DNA of 64,000 nucleotides from Lepidodermella squamata (taxonomy: Eukaryota > Animalia > Gastrotricha). The stretch lies in NCBI GenBank assembly GCA_047495785.1, contig JBLDXI010000066.1, positions 620,001-684,000 on the forward strand. The letters are read 5' to 3'. Below, piece after piece: positions 61,590-64,000 of this stretch. The notes under the pieces are model-generated. The model ran no database searches, was not told where the DNA came from, and worked only from the letters and a program-made list of their open reading frames with translations. The number at the start of each line of letters is the position of its first letter. The stretch's first letter is position 1. The translations under genes and the position numbers were made by a program.

Positions 61590-62559
61590 TTAAGGATGCC
61601 GCACACGCAATTGTTTTTTGCTTGTGAATTCGCCAGTAATGTTCAGAAGATGTGATGAGATTAATGACTGCCGCCTCAATCCAAAAAACTAGTATCATAG
61701 TGCAAGATGATTTCCTATTATTATGCTTACAGTAGGATGGTTCTTCTCTGCGCTATATAAGCAATATAAGCTGGGTGCTGCTACGTGCGCTTATAATAAT
61801 AGAGCAATGTTCTGAGTTGCATAGGCGATTCAGTTTCACCAAGGGATACGGGATCTTCATCAGAGGTCGCTAAGATTTTTGTTTCGGTTATCATTTCGCG
61901 CAGATCGGGAAATGCGTTTCAGAGACACAAAAACCCATGTCACCACGGTGTTTCTGTGGCTATCCCTATCTTATTGGTGTAAATCCGGTGAAAAATAGCT
62001 CCGAGTAATCTCCAAGTACGCGGTATACCGTGAAATCTAACTGGACGAGTCCGCAACTTATTGAGTAATTAAAAGAGTAATTTGCGAAAAAGGTAAAGTC
62101 GTAATGTGTCACCGTGGATTTTTTAATTAATTTAATTTAATTTAATTTTGTAACATGGACAAAAGAGAAAGCTGCGAATAACTTTCTGGCTATAGCTGCG
62201 TAATTTTGCTCAATTCGCCCCTGGCAGAGGGCGACTTAGACAGTAATGCCGAAGTTATGAGGTGAATAATAGTTATTGCAAATATTTGCTTATGGAAGTT
62301 TTATTAATAATACAACTTTTGCTATGATCATCTTTAATATTACTATTATTATTATTTTACCGTTGGTGCCTGCGAAAAATTAATGCTTATCCGCCCCCAG
62401 CACAACCAAGTTGTTTTTCGGCGGAGCGTATGCTCAGTTGTCAATCTAAATATAACTCTTTCCAAAAAACCACAAGAAGCTCCAACGGCCGAATTGTCTT
62501 CTAGTCATTCATCCGCATTTCGCTTTATAATCTACCGTGAATTGCAATTTTTTCAAAAG

Positions 62560-63086
62560 ATGAGTTTGAGACTGGCTCTTCTCGCAGCGACCTTAGGCAT
62601 CGCCTGCAGTCGTGGGTTTCCGCCTCTATCATCAATCATTTTAGATCATGTCTAATTTTCCAGAAAATAACACAGCTAGCAAGTTGGTCGAGTGCTCGAA
62701 TGAAACAATTTCAACCGGCACCGGCGCTACCTTGGCCGTGACATTGTCCGCACTTGCCGATCATCGCATCTACTGCGCTGCCGGCAGCTACCTGAGTTCG
62801 TGGTGGGGCGATGTTAGAGGAGCGATGGGAAATCCATCTCTATTCATGAGCATGGGATTCAAGTGTTGTAAGTCCTCGGTGGTTGGAAAATGCTATCAGG
62901 TTATCACCAACCGCACGGATGACTCTAAGCTCGCCTATCTGGCCAAACAGGATGTCAAGTGCAACGGCAATGAAGTTCTGCAAGGTTTCAAGTCGACCAG
63001 TCAGAACGGTCAGATGAATTACAACTACACTTGTTGCGTGGTAAGTATCAATATCATGACGACCAAATTGAAATTACTGCCAGTAA
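62560..63086 (+). CDS. Small secreted Cys-rich protein with two 'LxxHxVxC...L..F...YxCC' repeats
   Basis: Signal MSLRLALLAATLGIACS; LADHRIYC...FKCC and LAKQDVKC...VLQGF...YNYTCC; introns about 62612-62662 and 63041-63083. Confidence 0.65.
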
Positions 63087-64000
63087 AGCTTCGCTGACAA
63101 CAAGAGCAAGATTCCTATTTCAGGGGGTATCCTGGGAAATGGCCTCAAAATCTTGTAAACCTTTAGTGCCAGCTTGATCAATTCGGCCCGTGGTTATAAG
63201 TTATAAACAAGGTAGATTCTTTGTGAGTTTCCTGTGCTTGCGTAAAGTATCCTGGCGAAATGCTCCCTGTAAGCCGATTTTAAGTTTGCTGTTCTAGAAC
63301 TTGGTGGCTTGGATTTTCTTGTCTGGTTCGGCCTTTGCCAGGTCTTCAAAAACCCCTAGCACTTTGGCGACTCCGAAAATTCTTTGCCAGGCTGCGACGC
63401 CTAGCGATTTCTTCCATTTTTCTAATTTTCAGTGTGGGAAAATCTGCTAAAAAATTCAAACATTTTGCGTTCAAGCAATCAAATTTCTTCAAAATTTACA
63501 GCATTTTCTTTCATAATTTCTTCAAAATTTAAAAGAAATCTCACCCACAATTTCGGATGGTTTTCAGTCGGATAACATTGGATGCGAGCGAAGCGAGCTT
63601 TAGCTAACGCTATTTTTCTAGATTTTTCCCCCTTCAGGGTTCGCGACCCTCAGTTTGAGAAACCCTGGTCTTTGCTGTCATTATAATAGGTCCACCCAAA
63701 ATAAGCTTTTTTGCGGAATCGGGCACGTGATATTTAGAAAATAAATATAAAAGCCCCAAGGTAAGAGATCGAAGGGCTCACAAAGATGACCTGAGATCTC
63801 TCCTACTAAGGGCTATAAGGGGGTGCTAAGGCGTCGTAGGGGCAAAAAGTCGATTTTTCCGACCTAATGGTATAGGAACGGTTTCTCGGTAATTCAACCG
63901 CGCTGGATTCAACGAAATTTAAAGAATCGAACGAACGAAAACCCGTTGCTACTGTAAACAAAATATATAAAATATCGTATTTCTTACAAATTTCTAACAA

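Noticed and set aside
63600-64000. Transposon-like ends near the window edge
   Set aside because: No matching partner terminus or TSD is visible within the window.

Overview
Eukaryotic DNA from a compact-genome invertebrate (GT-AG introns mostly about 50 bp). The species cannot be determined from the sequence. All domain calls come from recognising motifs by eye; no searches were run. From left to right: (1) 1-1968: four tightly packed intronless ORFs that look viral (DUF5679-like Zn ribbon, VLTF3-like factor, fibre-like protein, membrane protein), probably part of an endogenous Polinton/Maverick (adintovirus-like) element. (2) Two three-finger (Ly6-like) genes with unusual tails. (3) 3.4-29.8 kb: a tandem/inverted cluster of five apparently intact genes and one truncated copy. 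Each encodes a secreted signal peptide-PAN/apple-3x CTHRC1-C-like protein with no collagen and with variable loops. (4) A decayed, intron-containing tyrosine recombinase with AT-hooks (Crypton-like). (5) 30.5-44.3 kb: a large polycystin-1-like gene (4 CUB, 2 putative L-type lectin domains, about 25-30 EGF, PLAT, polycystin channel). Its GPS motif is degenerate and has an RTKR furin-type site just upstream. (6) A 291-bp inverted duplication with no visible mismatch, plus several TSD-defined MITEs. (7) A dense gene block: stanniocalcin-like surface protein, ankyrin-repeat protein, Frag1/DRAM-like protein, SLC46-like MFS transporter, BTB/BACK protein, a frameshifted divergent nuclear receptor and a small secreted Cys-rich protein.
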